A stretch of 32,000 nucleotides of DNA from contig JACKDV010000012.1 in assembly GCA_020633315.1 (NCBI GenBank), positions 1 through 32,000 on the forward strand, in the 5' to 3' direction. Source of the DNA: Myxococcales bacterium (GTDB lineage Bacteria > Myxococcota_A > Polyangia > Nannocystales > Nannocystaceae). How positions within the stretch are numbered: the first letter of the stretch is position 1; the number at the start of each line of letters is the position of its first letter. Shown piece by piece: positions 31,949-32,000 of this stretch. A program made the translations under genes and the position numbers. The notes beneath the pieces are model-generated. The model saw nothing but the letters and a program-made list of their open reading frames with translations. It did not search any database and was not told the DNA's origin.

Positions 31949-32000
31949 CCGTGGGAAGCCCAGAGGTAGGGCAGCGGACTGTAAATCCGCGGTGCTTGCA
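31949..32000 (+). tRNA. 5' portion of a tRNA-Tyr(GUA)-like gene, truncated by the window end
   Basis: Anticodon arm gcgga-CTGTAAA-tccgc is canonical for Tyr. D arm gcc-cagaggtag-ggc. However, 8-9 = 'aa' and the acceptor would start with C. The 3' half is not in the window. Confidence 0.45.

Overview
Very GC-rich bacterial chromosomal segment. The gene content (a giant Ser/Thr kinase with FG-GAP propellers, an ECF sigma factor, many lipoproteins) suggests Myxococcota, but that is inference only. Reading frames were chosen by recognisable family motifs and third-position GC. Most long ORFs in the track are alternative-frame artefacts of the GC content.

Positions 1-4337 look like the right end of a tRNA-targeting integrative island. 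It carries a P4-type tyrosine integrase, an Rpn/YhgA-like PD-(D/E)XK nuclease, a free-standing duplicate of that nuclease's C-terminal tail, and a 500-aa protein with duplicated winged-helix-like modules. It ends at a displaced 3' half of tRNA-Ile(GAU) followed by an intrinsic terminator.

Immediately to the right lies a translationally coupled SNF2 helicase / SWIM zinc-finger pair. It is bracketed on its far side by a third, orphan Rpn-tail remnant.

The rest is mostly housekeeping and envelope genes:
- cysK-like, PEBP lipoprotein, PG-binding protein, rhlE, OMP-like protein, tRNA-Ala(UGC), L-2-hydroxyglutarate-oxidase-like flavoprotein;
- a transmembrane Ser/Thr kinase with 14 FG-GAP-like blades, followed by an ECF sigma factor and a convergent PrsW protease;
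- an SDR;
- an oxidative-folding operon (VKOR-DsbA fusion, OmpA-like, TlpA-like);
- a PuuD-like amidotransferase and a RibD_C-type reductase;
- a P450-TetR pair with two perfect palindromic operators;
- fumC;
- a cluster of class II tRNA-like sequences with unusual duplicated fragments at the right edge.

Best candidates for an undescribed system: the Rpn plus duplicated-tail module with its companion protein, and the adjacent SNF2/SWIM pair.
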